DNA of 63,794 nucleotides, filler included, from Bigelowiella natans CCMP2755 (taxonomy: Eukaryota > Protista > Cercozoa), in assembly GCA_000320545.1 (NCBI GenBank). It is 7 parts of 7 records of this genome, joined end to end, with 100 filler letters (N's around TTAATTAATTAA, not from the genome) between each part and the next. Parts side by side here need not be neighbours in the genome. Positions count along the whole stretch, not along the records: positions 1 to 16,575 come from ADNK01000923.1; positions 16,676 to 18,907 come from ADNK01000746.1; positions 19,008 to 25,566 come from ADNK01002463.1; positions 25,667 to 53,875 come from ADNK01000707.1; 3 more parts are not named here. The stretch is one strand, 5' to 3'. This document shows positions 13,251 to 25,849 of the stretch, piece by piece. Position 1 is the stretch's first letter. Each line of letters starts with the position of its first letter. A program made the translations under genes and the position numbers. The notes under the pieces are model-generated. The model saw only the letters and a program-made list of their open reading frames with translations, was not told where the DNA came from and did no database searches.

Positions 13251-14012
13251 TGAGTAACACGCATCATTGTTCCGCCTTCTACGCAACCAGAATTAGCTCA
13301 GAACCATGTCAATCTCTGCATCAAATTAGAATACTCGTGTTGATGCACACATGCATGGCTGATAGAAGGCAGTTAGAACATGTGGGACGCATCTAGGCAT
13401 GCACGGGTCCCCGTATAGAACTGCTACATGCTACCATGTTAATGTGCGAGACGGATGTGATGAAACGATCAAGTTCTTTCAATGCTAGCATGTGTGCATG
13501 CAGGCCATCTAGCCACGCTAGCACGCTTTCATCAAGTCCTTCACGGAAGAGAACTCATCTAGCTCCAGAGCTCAGTGATAGCATTGTTCACAATCATCAG
13601 CAAGGAGAAAAAGCTGGGCACATTGTGTGCTCTGCCTTGAGATTAGATTCATACATCGATGCATGTGACTTGTAGCTAACAGCGCAAAAACTAGAAAAAG
13701 CCACATGCACGCTCATGTACATGTGTGTGATGAAGACAGAATAGTCGTGATGCTTAATTGGAGCAGATTATTTGTGCATGCTGTGTCTTTGGACAGAATG
13801 CTAGAATGACCCGCATTTGCATTTGTAACGCACATTCACTAAACGAGTTGTTAGCATCGATTTCGTAGCTTACAATTGAAAGTCGAGATTTACAATGTGG
13901 CATTTTTAATGCCTTTTGATGACTTGCAGTTCTGTTGTTTAATCTTAGAGCATCCTGCTGAAATCTGAATGTTCTGTGTTGAGCTTAAATCACTAATCCT
14001 TCGTTATAATGA

Positions 14013-15448
14013 TCAATTTCCAAGTGCATAATATAAAAACCCCCCTGTTGCTAAGATGGCAGCACCGCAAATGACGTCGAAGAGGGGGTCATACCTCCTG
14101 TTCTCAGTATCTACTGTCTCACTATAAGTTTGACTCTCCTGAATCTGTAAAATGAAAGCAAATACTGTAACCAAGATTATTATTGGCAAGACTATATAAC
14201 TAATAGCAAGTAAGCGTTTCATCTTTAACAGAACTTTCTTCTCAATATCTTGTGGATTATTATCACTAAGACTCTGCACGGTTCCTCGGGAATGCTGCGG
14301 AGTATTTTTTTTGGATGATTTCCTTACTGACGGAGGTTCGTCCATTCGAAGGAGCTGCTTCTTCGATGTTACTGAATATTTACTTTCATGAGAAGAACCC
14401 TGGTGGGTTGTATCCACTGATTGAGGTGCGCCAGAAGGCGCGGCTGAAAATCGAGGACTATTCCCGCTGATCAGACTACCCGGGGGATTAAATGAATTGT
14501 CTCTTGATGACTTCATCATCTTATTCACATTTTGTTGTTTCACCATACGGAGTGAAGAGTTCTCTACCTTAGTCTCCTTACTACTGGTGCCACTCTTTGG
14601 ATTATCTATCGGAATTGATACTAAGTTCTGTCGAGTCTTCATGATCATTCCACGCAGTCGATGTAGTGAATAGATGAAATAGCTACCGCCAATCAACATT
14701 GCTAAAGCCAAAGCTAGATGACGACCAGCATTCCAAGAAAACTCGTCAGTTACGAGAACACCAATGACAGACGTAATTTGGACAGTTGAAACCAGAAGGA
14801 TTCCTGTTTCAGTGTTGGAAAGTAGCTATAAATTTAGGATGTTGTTAAACTGTAAAATATGATAATGATGTTGCTCACCACAGAGGATCAATGTTGGCCC
14901 ATTCGATGGAGAAAATGAGCTTCGGTTGGTAACCGTGTATAATGCCGATGAGAATACAAGGGCGAGGTACTAATGTGTGCATAACACAAGAGACAAAGAG
15001 GTATTTAATATTTAATCATAAAGTTTGACGCAAGCCCTTTTGATATTAACGACCAGGAAGGTGTCCATCGCCAGAATCATGACAACTGCAGTCCCTATGA
15101 GATAAAACCGCCAGCCGAAGAACAAAGGCTCATGCACACCCTACGTTTCACATCGTTTTATTTTATGTCTAGAAGTACGCAATTGGGAAGGATTTCGTTC
15201 ACAGACCAAAAAGAATACGACTAGAATTCCAGATAGGCAGATGGTCAAATATCGAATCCTCATGAGAGCTACATTTTTTGTCCTGAGAACACGCATGAAG
15301 GGAGCTCACATTCTTTAATTTGAGTGTTTTGTTGCAATGAAAGTTACGGGTTCTGAATGAGCCAAAGAGCATAGCCAAAAATAAGAAGGGAGAGAAAGCC
15401 TTTTATCGAGTCGCTTATGGCCCAAGCTAAAACGTAATCACGGTTCAT
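14013..15448 (-). CDS. Multi-pass (about 7TM, GPCR-like topology) membrane protein, paralog A
   Basis: ATG at 15448: MNRDYVLAWAISDSIKGFLSLLIFGYALWLIQNP; several short hydrophobic exons; last exon (ORF 14013-14711) has a TM, a long Ser-rich loop and two further TMs. Exons are conserved in the inverted paralog. Confidence 0.7.
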
Positions 15449-15494
15449 GTGATGCTCTTTTGAGTTTCACGCGCAGTGATCACTGGAGGGGGAC

Positions 15495-15762
15495 AGCACA
15501 ACTTTCGAAAGAGCGAACTTTTATGATGACAGAATGAGCATTTTGTCGCCCTCCTGAATGCAGACCAAGTCGTCTGTGCGACAATAAAAAATCGCCAGAG
15601 ATCTTATAGAGATTTCAAGAGAGCGGTAGAGAGAGGGAGAGCACAGCTTTCGAGAGAGTGAACTTTTGTAATGACAGAATGAGCATTTTTTCGCCCTCCG
15701 AAATGCAGCCCACGTCATCTGTGCGACAACATAATAATCGCCAGAGATTTTATAGAGATTAA
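15495..15762. repeat. Diverged direct tandem duplication (~120-bp unit, ~145-bp period) in the bidirectional intergenic spacer
   Basis: agcacaactttcgaaagagcgaacttttatgatgacagaatgagcatttt...tcgccagagatcttatagagatt versus agcacagctttcgagagagtgaacttttgtaatgacagaatgagcatttt...tcgccagagattttatagagatt. Confidence 0.85.
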
Positions 15763-15859
15763 ATGGGCTGAAGGAAGGGGGGAGTAAGTGAAAGAACGCG
15801 TTGGTGGAGCGAAAGGGTGAGCGCTTCTTCAGAATAGGGAGGCACAAGCAGGACTCTTG

Positions 15860-16575
15860 ATGGCGGATCGAGGATACCTCTTGGCATGGGTGATTAGCGA
15901 CTCGATAAAGGGCTTCCTCTCTTTGCTCATATTCCTATATGCGATCTCGCTCATTCAGCATCCGTAAGCACTTATCCGCATCATGCACAACGATGATGAC
16001 TGCCAAATGTGCAAGGTAGATGGAATGGTTTTGGATTTAGGCAAGCAATGATTGTTTATCAGAACGAAAAACGTCGCTCTCACGAGGATTCGATATTTGA
16101 CCATCTGCCTATCTGGAATCCTAGTCGTGTTCTTCCTGGTCAAGAAGCTGATAATTAGAGAATATATTGAATTAATATTTAATAATAATTTTTAATTATG
16201 TTCTTTCGGTTACAATTTTCATTTTTCAAAACAGGGAGCACATGAACCTTTATTCTTCGGCTGGCGGTTTTATCTCATAGGGACTGCAGTTATCATGATT
16301 CTGGCGATGGACACCTTCCTGGTAGTTAATATCAAAAGGGTTTGCGTCAAACTTTATGATTAAATACCTCTTTGTTGTACACAAACCAGTACATCACCCT
16401 TGTATTCTCATCGGCATTATACACGATTACCAACCGAAGCTCATTTTCTCCATCGAATGGGCCAACCTTGATCCTCTGTGGTGAGCAACATCATTATCAT
16501 ATTTTACAGTCTACAACATCCTAAATTTATAGCTACTTTCCAACACTGAAACAGGAATCCTTCTGGTTTCAACTG
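15860..16575 (+). CDS. Multi-pass membrane protein, paralog B (inverted duplicate of 14013-15448), truncated by contig end
   Basis: MADRGYLLAWVISDSIKGFLSLLIFLYAISLIQHP|TKNVALTRIRYLTICLSGILVVFFL|GAHEPLFFGWRFYLIGTAVIMILAMDTFL|YITLVFSSALYTITNRSSFSPSNGPTLILC; 16235-16575 is near-identical to the reverse complement of ~14783-15140. Confidence 0.75.
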
Positions 16576-16675
16576 NNNNNNNNNNNNNNNNNNNNNNNNN
16601 NNNNNNNNNNNNNNNNNNNTTAATTAATTAANNNNNNNNNNNNNNNNNNNNNNNNNNNNNNNNNNNNNNNNNNNN
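16576..16675. other. Artificial contig linker (N-run + TTAATTAATTAA + N-run); same 100-bp spacer at 18908-19007, 25567-25666, 53876-53975, 59504-59603, 62266-62365
   Basis: Six identical 100-bp spacers whose core gives stops in all six frames. Confidence 0.97.
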
Positions 16676-16959
16676 AGGATGGTAAGGGGTTGGGCAGGGC
16701 AGTTTCAGAGCCCCCCAAGTAAGTCCCTTTATAGAAACCCCTGGTTCCCCGGGGGGAGTTCCACAGTTTCAAAACTAACAAGAATGCTGTTCTTATTCAC
16801 AACACCACCCAGCTTGGACCCTTTTTGGAACCAAAAACTCCGCTCCCAGGTTTTGCCCAGTCATAACGCTTCAAGAGGTCGAGCCATTTGCAGGCTTGAA
16901 GGCGTTCGGATAGCCCCCAGAGGTTCCCCCCATCCCCCCCCCCCCCCCCTTCTATCACA

Positions 16960-17455
16960 TAGATACAAAGCAAGCTAAACCAAATGAGCAGGCTGCCCCT
17001 CCAGCTACAGAAGGAAAGGGAGGCGCGCAAGCTCCTCCAGACGCTTTTGGTAGCACAAAGCTCACTAATCGTAGAAAACAGTCATTCGTGCACCTCGTTA
17101 GTGCCGGGCACAGAGCCATTTATTTTGTGCGGGTTTTTTTTCCGAATAATGTTATCCCAAAATGAGATTTGCGGAGTTGGCTGCTAGATCTTCCTCCATT
17201 CGTCTACTGCCTGCTCATAGGCTTTGTATACATCATGATTGATTAATTTTCTTATTTTTGTTACTTGGTTCCCCCCCTCCTCCTTTCTCGCTCCTTCCTT
17301 CTTTTCTCTCCCCCCCGCCCCCCTTTTGTACTGCGTTGTTATTGGCCGTTGGGAAACTAAACAATAGCGGGAGAGGATGGAGACGATGATCCATTTGGAG
17401 ACACATCTGACCCATTCGAAGGTGGTAGTAGTAGTAATAATTGAAAATAGCGATT

Positions 17456-17489
<34 letters not shown>

Positions 17490-17865
17490 GATGATAATGC
17501 CAATGCCAATGCGTATGCAACTTGAAAGAAAACGCTTGTAGTAGCGTCTCGTGGCATAGAGCCGATGAGCTGCAAAACAGAACGCAGGGCCTTTCTGTAT
17601 CGCGTCATCAATCAAATTATATAAAAAAAGCAAAAATAATAATACATTGCGCTTGGATCTATAAGGTGGTGGCTCCGCACCAGCTCCTACGACTGGGAAT
17701 GATGCTCCTGCAGCAGCAGCAGTAGCGAATATGGACGATTTCTTCGGTAAGTATCTTTCTTATGCAGTAGCTAGCCCCAGGGTAGTGTGCATCGTGTGTG
17801 TGTGTGGGAGGGGATTGGGGGGAGGGGAGATGGATATTGATTGTATTCTGGATGAATTTGTTCTT

Positions 17866-17905
<40 letters not shown>

Positions 17906-18043
17906 TGTGCGTGGGTTTGTGTGAGTATTAAGCCTGTTTCTCCGACTTTTCCATCGATCATCATCTTTACGATGGCTGTAGGTGATGTAGCTGCTCCAGC
18001 AGCAGCAGCTGCGACTGCCAACGATGATCCATTCGGGGGTGCG

Positions 18044-18103
<60 letters not shown>

Positions 18104-18790
18104 TGTGTGAATTTGCATCTTTGATACTTATGATGTTGATTCTTCCCTCCGTACTCGTCTGGTCATAGAAGGTGGTGATGCAGCTTCACCAGCTGGGCCG
18201 GCAGCATCCGCAAATACTAACGATGATCCATTCGGGGGTAAGTGTGCGTGCGTGTGCATGTGCGTCCATTTGTTTCTTTGATATTGAAGACGCTCTTTCT
18301 TTTCTTGTATCTTGTTGATTATAGAAGGTGATGTTGCTTCGCCAGCTGGTCCGGCAGCAGCTGCAGATCCCAACGATAATCCATTTGGAGGTGGTAATGA
18401 GTATGTTTATGTGTGTGTGTGCGCGTGTGTGTTGTCGTTGTAATTCGGTATTGAATAGCTAAGTCATTCTTGTTGTCTGGAACGAGCTGCGATCAACCCG
18501 CCAATAGCTTTTCGAAAGGGAGAACTTCCCAATGATGCGTACCGATTTGTGATTTTTGCACACACCATGATGATAGATGTGCATACATGTATACATATTT
18601 ACATATGTGTGTGTGTGTGTGTGTGTGTGTGTTATGTAACATCATAATTTTGCAGAGCCCGCTGGCCCCGGCCCTGCAGCAGCTGATAATTCTCAGTCGC
18701 AGCCTCAGGGAAACGCAAACAACGATGATCCCTTTGGAGGTAGCACCGGAAGTAGCACAGAACGAGCGAGCCGTGGGGGGAGGCGATGTT
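16960..18790 (+). CDS. Endocytic accessory-like protein (AP180/epsin/Eps15-type disordered tail) with repeated DPF/NPF motifs; partial
   Basis: Short exons encoding GDDDPFGDTSDPFEG (~17380-17422), ANMDDFFG (~17725-17747), ATANDDPFGG (~18010-18039), NTNDDPFGG (~18212-18238), DPNDNPFGG (~18366-18392), ANNDDPFGG (~18715-18740). Confidence 0.6.
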
Positions 18791-20035
18791 TTTGAGGACA
18801 CACGATGAGTGTAGAGGAGCATAGTTGACACATGCTCTTTCTATGGGTCCATAAAAAGAGTTCTGTCATCTGAAAAACTGCGCTTTGCTGGGGGGGGGGG
18901 GGGGGGGNNNNNNNNNNNNNNNNNNNNNNNNNNNNNNNNNNNNNNNNNNNNTTAATTAATTAANNNNNNNNNNNNNNNNNNNNNNNNNNNNNNNNNNNNN
19001 NNNNNNNAGGGGGGGGTAAAAATTTCCGATAATTTTTTTTTTGGGAAAAATGTTTTTTTTCAAAATTAGGCCCCTTCCCGGGAAATTCCCCGGGGCCCGC
19101 CGGGGGGGGGGGGTTTTCCCCCCCTTTCCCAATTTAATGGGGTTAATAACGCGCACACCACCTCGCCCCCCCCCCCCCCCCTATTCACATACTGAGAGTA
19201 TCATCGCTAAGCCGCAAGTATGTGCCATATTTCAAGAACCCCAATCGGTGTGTTGTAAAAAACAATGATTTTCTTCCGCGACGCGGTAGTTGACCATGTC
19301 GTAGGGCAAGAATTATCGGCTGTTGTGTTTATACTTTCCGCGGGAATGTAGCTCGATGTTCGGCATATCTCTGCTCCGTGCAATCAGCGGAGAGGTGATA
19401 ACAACACAATGATCTATATCTTTTATACTTACAACACACAGAGCAACTACCGGTTTCGTGCCTGACGACGTCCGGCCAGCAGTGGCAAACTATGTTGCAC
19501 GACGCTTAGACTTAAGATTCAATGGTAGAGGAGGAGAAGCTGCCGGAGGAGGTACCCCGTAGCTATTGATCAACGTGTTCCTCGTAGTCTCGTGATCTCG
19601 TCATGTTGTCGTTCATACATGCATCGTCAGCACCGCAAAGGCATGTGAGTTGCTATGCGTTTGGCCCAATTAATGCTAGCGCTTGCGGCATCGCTAGATC
19701 GTCATCGACGGCGTACAGCATGGATCATTTGTTGGCGCTGCACAGAGCAACAATATACACGTTCACGCAAGTGCATGTCAAGCAAGCAAGCTCGCAAGGA
19801 TGACAATTTAAAGAATTCAACATGTTCATATTTCATCCGTCTCATAATTGAGATGCATAGCATCCCTAATGTTGTGTAGAACGTGTTAGCAGCATCTTGA
19901 GCTTGCGCACACGCTAGCACGGTGCGACCTCAGGTGAAATGATGTGCGCTTTTATGCAGTGTCACACAACACAAGCTGCGTGCACCATCTCGGTGGTGGC
20001 AGTATCATGCGTTTTGTCTTCAATCCCTAGCTGAT

Positions 20036-22022
20036 TTAGGCAATTCCTAACTCTGTAAACTTGCGAAACTCCTCGGGATGGCGTCCCGTGAGCCCGCAGA
20101 TCCGCGGGAATGCGTCCCATTCGACCGTGGGCTGCAGCGCGCAGCTGAGACTGTAATGCAGAAATGCATTCTTGTTCTCTTCCTTGCTGTAGCGGCCGAG
20201 CTCTACCTTCTTCGTGACGTGGTACTTCTCGAAGGTCTTTAGTCCGTGCTTACGGTGCGAATTGTAGGTGGGCGCGACGACGATGCTGCCGTTCTTCGGT
20301 GGGTTCTCGGCGAGATAAACGAAGCCGTCCACCAGGGAGAGGCGTGCACGGGGAATCGATTTCCAGTGCTCGAGCTCCACGAAATCAGACTTTGTGCTGA
20401 ACCGCTCTTTCTTATTGATAATGACCGAGTTGAAGTCGTCCATGACGATGCAAACCTTGATCTCGGTGATGTTTCTGATTTCTTCAAAGAGGGCATGGGT
20501 GAGCGACGCTGCGATCTTACGGTCTTGCGAGCCATAATTAAGGAAGTCATAGAGGGTCGGGCTGCTTCCACGTTCAGCCTGTGGAACCACCTTTTCCATC
20601 GATATCTTCTTCGTAGCATTGAGTTCCTCGTCGAGCTCGTCTTCCCACGGGTGGATGGTGTAGTAGTCCTCCACGCCGTGCTCGCCTTTCACTTTGATTT
20701 TCTTCATCTCGGTTTCATAGATATCCCGGAGCCAATGGAAATACCTGCAGTGAAAGAAGGGAGAGCATTTATTTTCCTTTTGATTCCGCACATGTGCTCA
20801 CAATCGTCCATGCCCATGTTCTTCTCGTTGGAAGTCGCAATTATACATGACATCATCATCACCACGCACGACCAGGACCTTTGGCTCATATCTGGCATTG
20901 AGAACACGGATGGGTAAGCGAGGCCCTCGCTTGGGGTGGTTTCAATCCTTCCTAACTTATCATCCCAAAGCCCCACATCGTCCATCCCGTAAGACAGCAC
21001 GAGCTGATTGTCCTCCAAGGCGGCATGGGCTGCGTAAATTGCTGCAGCGCTCTTTCCCATGCCTTTCTTGCCATCAATGAACACTACCTGCCCGTCTCCC
21101 TGTCGTACCGCCTCGGCCGCCTCAAGTCCGGCCTCTCGCACCATCAACATATGACCTTTGGCTTGATCGAATTCTCGTTTCATCTGTCCTAGCAAGATCT
21201 GGGGCAGCTTCTCCGCGTTCTTCCCCATGTAGTAGTATTTCCCGACATCCTCTGAAGAATGGTCATTGATAGGAGTGTCGGTGATGACATCTGGTTGCAA
21301 TTTGGCACGAATTGCAGGGTTTGGAGGCTTGATGGGCGCCGTGAGTTCTTGAAGATCGATATCTGTCAGTTCCCTGTCTCGGGCACTGTGAGCCTTGGCA
21401 TTATCCTCCCAGTTTATGTGTCCGATAGAGAAAAGTTGCCTCTCCTTGGGTGCCAGCGTCATTTTTCCAGAGGAAGGGCCTTTTTTCCCTGCCTGAGCAT
21501 CTTCTTTTAAATCCAAAGGAGCGTCGGCCCCGAAGTCGTCTTCCTCATCCCCCGCTAGTTCCTCTAAGAGACTCAGCAGCTCATCCCTTTGCTCTGATCG
21601 TCCTTTTCCTCCACTTTCCTGCTCCAAGTCGAAGCCGTCAAAGAGGTCGTCCATATCAACAGGCTCTGGAGGGCCATCGTTTCCCGTCCCCTCGCGCTTG
21701 CGTTTACTCATGTGTCGCACTTGAACCATCAGCACCTGCCGCCGCAGATTGCGTGCCACCAGCTACAGCGAAGCAGCAGAGGAAAGGGAGCATGGGAGAA
21801 GCAAGAGGACGTGAATAAATTGAAGTATGGTACAATAACTGGTGGCTAGTGCCTCTCAAGATTACAGAAACGATTATCCTACTCCCTTCTACAGCGTCAC
21901 ACCCAAACATACACTTGACGCAAATGAAGTCATCGTTTTGCTACTACTACGAATTTTCATGAGGGAGAAGCACTTACACTGCTGGTCTGCGGACGGAGTA
22001 GCATGCGACGCATAGCCGCCAT
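20036..22022 (-). CDS. DAP3: Mitochondrial small ribosomal subunit protein mS29 / death-associated protein 3
   Basis: Predicted first exon MAAMRRMLLRPQTSS spliced to LVARNLRRQVLMVQVRHMSK (Arg-rich transit peptide); MLMVRE, P-loop FIDGKKGMGKS, Walker-B-like VCIVMDDFNS, ELGRYSKEE, C-terminal LTGRHPEEF as in DAP3. Internal intron near 20745-20800. Confidence 0.8.
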
Positions 22023-22456
22023 GGTCCTCCCCCCAGGAGTTTTTCCTTTTTTAGACCTTAAAGCTCCTCCAAGGACTACTGAATCAGTAGGAACTTAGGT
22101 CTATTTTTATCTACGACATCAAATTTACCGGATTACTGCCGAGAGTCCACCACATTGCGCCTAGTCAAAATGTTCGGCCGCATAGCGAGCTCCCACGGAC
22201 TGAAAACGTAGGGGATTTCGGCATTTGCTTCGTTGTCGCAGCATGGTAAACCCTCTGTATTTTTGCCGGTTTTTTTTTTCCAGGTTTATTTGAATATTTG
22301 AACCAGGTGCCACCCCCGCTGCAAAATCGCTTTAAGAGAAGTGTTAGGTGCACTATGGTCAGTGCTGCAACCGGACGGGCCTGAAGTTACAGTTCCTTTT
22401 CACGTGAGAAGGAAGCTTCCTGAAAGATAGTCTGGCCCACTGCGTTAACCAGAGAC

Positions 22457-23644
22457 ATGAAAGCTATTCTTCTCTCTCTTGTAGCGTCGCATTGGCTCCT
22501 AGCGCCTACCTTGGGGTTTAAAGCCGATGCTCATCGCCGGGTAAGTTGCGACTATGTTGTGTCGAGTGAGAACAGTCCTTTCATCATAGATGCTTCCCAT
22601 TATTTTGGTATCAGTCGCGCCACGATCTCCCGCGCTGGAGAGAGATGGAAGGAACTGCGATGACGGCTCTCGGGAAGGGACACAGTCCGTCTCAACAACA
22701 GAACCAGCAGCAGTTATTGAGGCAAAACAGACGGACCCATCATAAATTTCATCCTCCGCAGTACCCGGAGGATAACGACAACACCGAGAATATGAACGAC
22801 TCCCGCAAACCCCCTCCTCAGCCGTATAATCTGGAAACCGAAGACATCCACGTCAGAGTGTTCGATAATGGTGCAGATGAACAGCCTCGCGCGCAGCAAA
22901 TGCCTAGATACAGGCAAAAGCAGCAGCAACATCAACAACAGCTTCGCCAAAGTCATCACCACTCTCACCACTCTCATCATCAGCAGCAGCGCCACCACCA
23001 CAGCGCTAGTAGAGACTACGACAAGGAGATGGAGGACGAAGAGGAAGGATACGTCGAGCCTACCGCTGACACAGACAAAGAGCACTTTCTTGTGGAGGAG
23101 GGGGAGGAAATTCGATCTTCTGAGCAGCAGATCCCACAGCAGCACCAACAGCGACAAGTGGTGGGGTACAGTCTCCCGATGAAAGCAGCCGAGTCATCAG
23201 CAGCATCCGCCTTTGGGGGAGGGGGAGGGGGAGGGGGAGACATGCCTCAGTTCCGGCAGCTGGCAACAAGTGGCAGCAGCAATGCTTATCCCGCCTTCAA
23301 TAATGGCGCAGCATTTGGAAATCAGCAGCAGCGGCAGCAGCCCTGGGGAGGAGGAGGAGGAGGAGGCATGGGTGGCCCCGGTTTTGGGCAGCAGCAGCAG
23401 CAGCAGCAGCAGCAGTGGGGAGGGGGGGGGAGGGGGATGCCGGCGGGGGGCTTCAACTCGATGTATTACCATAGCATAGCATAAGACATTGATAACAAAT
23501 AATTTAGCATGGAGGGGGGAGAGGGGGGGTGAAATGCTTCTCCTGTTGCCTTCCCCGATGATGATGAACAGCTCTTCTATCTCAAAGCAAACATAACTAT
23601 TGTTAATGTTTGCAACATTTGCCCCCCCTCTCACCCTCTCTCTC

Positions 23645-23694
<50 letters not shown>

Positions 23695-24302
23695 ACACAC
23701 ATACACACATACGCATCATTCTCTACATGTAAACGAATCTTTCTAGAGCTCCCATTCAAACCCCTTCCTCGTTACCTTCCTCACCAATTCAACTTTGCAG
23801 GTACGTAAATAATATGGGGGGGGGGGGATACCCTCAGCAGCAGCAACAGCAATCTCCACCAATGGGCTTTGGAATGCAGCAGCAGCAGCAGGTTCTTTGT
23901 TTTCCCTGGCCTTCATCACCATTGTCAGAATACACGCGCACAGCGATCATAGCGGCTCATTCAGGGGAAGCACGAGATAGAGTGTCTTTTTCTGAGAGAG
24001 AGAGAGAGAGAGAGGGGGGAGGGGGGGGGGGATGTCTTATTGCAATGCGTGACCTTGTCGCTGAACAATCGCCGTAAAAAACAGCGGATCGTGCACGCTC
24101 ATACCTTATTCCTACGCTTCTTCTTGTTGTTTATCTACGGCATCAATCAGATGGGAGGCCCGACAGCTCCTATCCCTCCTAATCAGCAGCAGCAGATGAT
24201 GATGCCCCCTCCAATGCAGCCGATGGGAGGGGGATGGCACGGCTACAGCGGCTCTCCTGGACGTGATAACTACCACCATACGCTAAGCAACCCTACTGAT
24301 AT

Positions 24303-24351
<49 letters not shown>

Positions 24352-24420
24352 TGCTACATTTCCATTTCTATGCCGACAACTGATACTCTCATCCCAAAAA
24401 ATACAAAAAAAAAGCTCTAA
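22457..24420 (+). CDS. Putative secreted Gln/Gly/His/Pro-rich low-complexity protein (multi-exon)
   Basis: Signal-peptide-like MKAILLSLVASHWLLAPTLG, GT-AG intron ~22542-22614, long exon 22645-23465 with polyQ/polyG, further polyQ exons at ~23802 and ~24151. 3' end uncertain. Confidence 0.55.
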
Positions 24421-24539
24421 AGAAGAGAGATGTAGTCTTGGACGTGGGTGACGATGTCGAAACTACTGCACCAGGAACAATCATAATTACACCAACGAAT
24501 TCCTTGCGGTTTTCCGATACACTGCTATCGGTCACCGTC

Positions 24540-25007
24540 GTGCAAACAACAAGATGAGCGAAAAACACCGAAGAATTTTGTCTCGCGGCCGCTTTCCGAA
24601 GACCGCTTCGCGGACAAAAAGCTTCTGTGTTACACTCTCATCATTGCTTTAGATGCTCGTTGAGACAACGACAACAACCACAACAACACCAACAACAATA
24701 CCTGAGCCACCATTTCTATCATGCAACAGCTTTGCTAACGTTCTCCTTCCTCCTCCTCCTCCTCCTCCTCCTCCTCCTCCCTCATAAATTGCCTCTATCG
24801 GATAGACATTGCAAGCGGAATGGAACTTCCTCGATTTCGGCAAGAGCGGCAGCAGCAGCAGCAGCAGCAAAGACAGGCTGGTGGCCAATCTGCGGAGGTG
24901 ACAACTGGATACCATCTCACTACACAAGCTGCGGCCTCACAAACACAGGTCACTCAAGTCATAGAAACAGCCGCCATGCATCTCACTCATACACATATCT
25001 AATTGAA

Positions 25008-25058
<51 letters not shown>

Positions 25059-25560
25059 GCCAAAAGACATCTGTTCCATGCACAGTTAGCCGCTCTGTCT
25101 TCTCGTTCTCATAATACCCATCAATATTTATATCAAGTCTCTTCGCTGCTATGCGCGTGCTTCGGAATGCATTGTTGCTACTGTTGCTCGTTGCTGATGA
25201 ATGCAGTACTTTGGCGTGATTGCCGAGGACACCATCATCGTCGTCGTCGTCGTCGTCGTCGTCATTATCACCATCATCATCATCATCATCATCGTCATCA
25301 TCATCGTCATCGTCGTGGCCCCCATCTGAAGTGTCAGCGACGTTATATCGAAACATCGTTCTGTCTACAATACGCAGAGTCCCCCTGTCGCAAGTGACGT
25401 ATCCCAAGCCGGAATGCCAGTACCCTTCTACCCTCCCAACCCCCCCCCACCCCCTGCCGCCAACCAGGGAATAGCAAGCAGCGCCATGATGCTGCCACCG
25501 CAGACGATGAATGCAGGGGGGGGGGCAAGCGGGGCTAATGCACCGTTCTCCGGGTGAGAG
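24540..25560 (-). CDS. Hypothetical low-complexity protein fragment (poly-Asp exon)
   Basis: ORF 24937-25407 with protein-like flanks around a GAT/GAC repeat; no recognisable domain. Confidence 0.25.
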
Positions 25561-25849
25561 TACGAGNNNNNNNNNNNNNNNNNNNNNNNNNNNNNNNNNN
25601 NNNNNNNNNNTTAATTAATTAANNNNNNNNNNNNNNNNNNNNNNNNNNNNNNNNNNNNNNNNNNNNTACTTGATGGGGGGTTGTTTCTCCCGGTATTATT
25701 ATTATTTTTATTTTTTTTACTCCCCCCCTTTTTTTTTGTTAACCCCGGAAAATTTAATATATTTTTCATAAGTAGCACACTTTCCCCGCGGCATTTTTTT
25801 CTTAATCCAAAAGCTCCCCCCCCCCCCCCCCCTCTCCCTCCCCCCTTCA

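Noticed and set aside
16576-16675. Recurrent TTAATTAATTAA palindrome within N-runs (six copies)
   Set aside because: Identical 100-bp artificial contig spacer with six-frame stops; not biological.
17980-18745. Regularly recurring ~20-bp repeat with unique spacers (CRISPR-like appearance)
   Set aside because: Spacing is irregular, repeats are codon-phased DPF motifs at exon ends, the context is eukaryotic and no cas genes are present.
19008-19185. Homopolymer-rich quasi-palindromic sequence at contig starts (also 25667-25850 and 16676-16950)
   Set aside because: Looks like low-quality read ends adjacent to poly-G/C tracts; probably sequencing noise.
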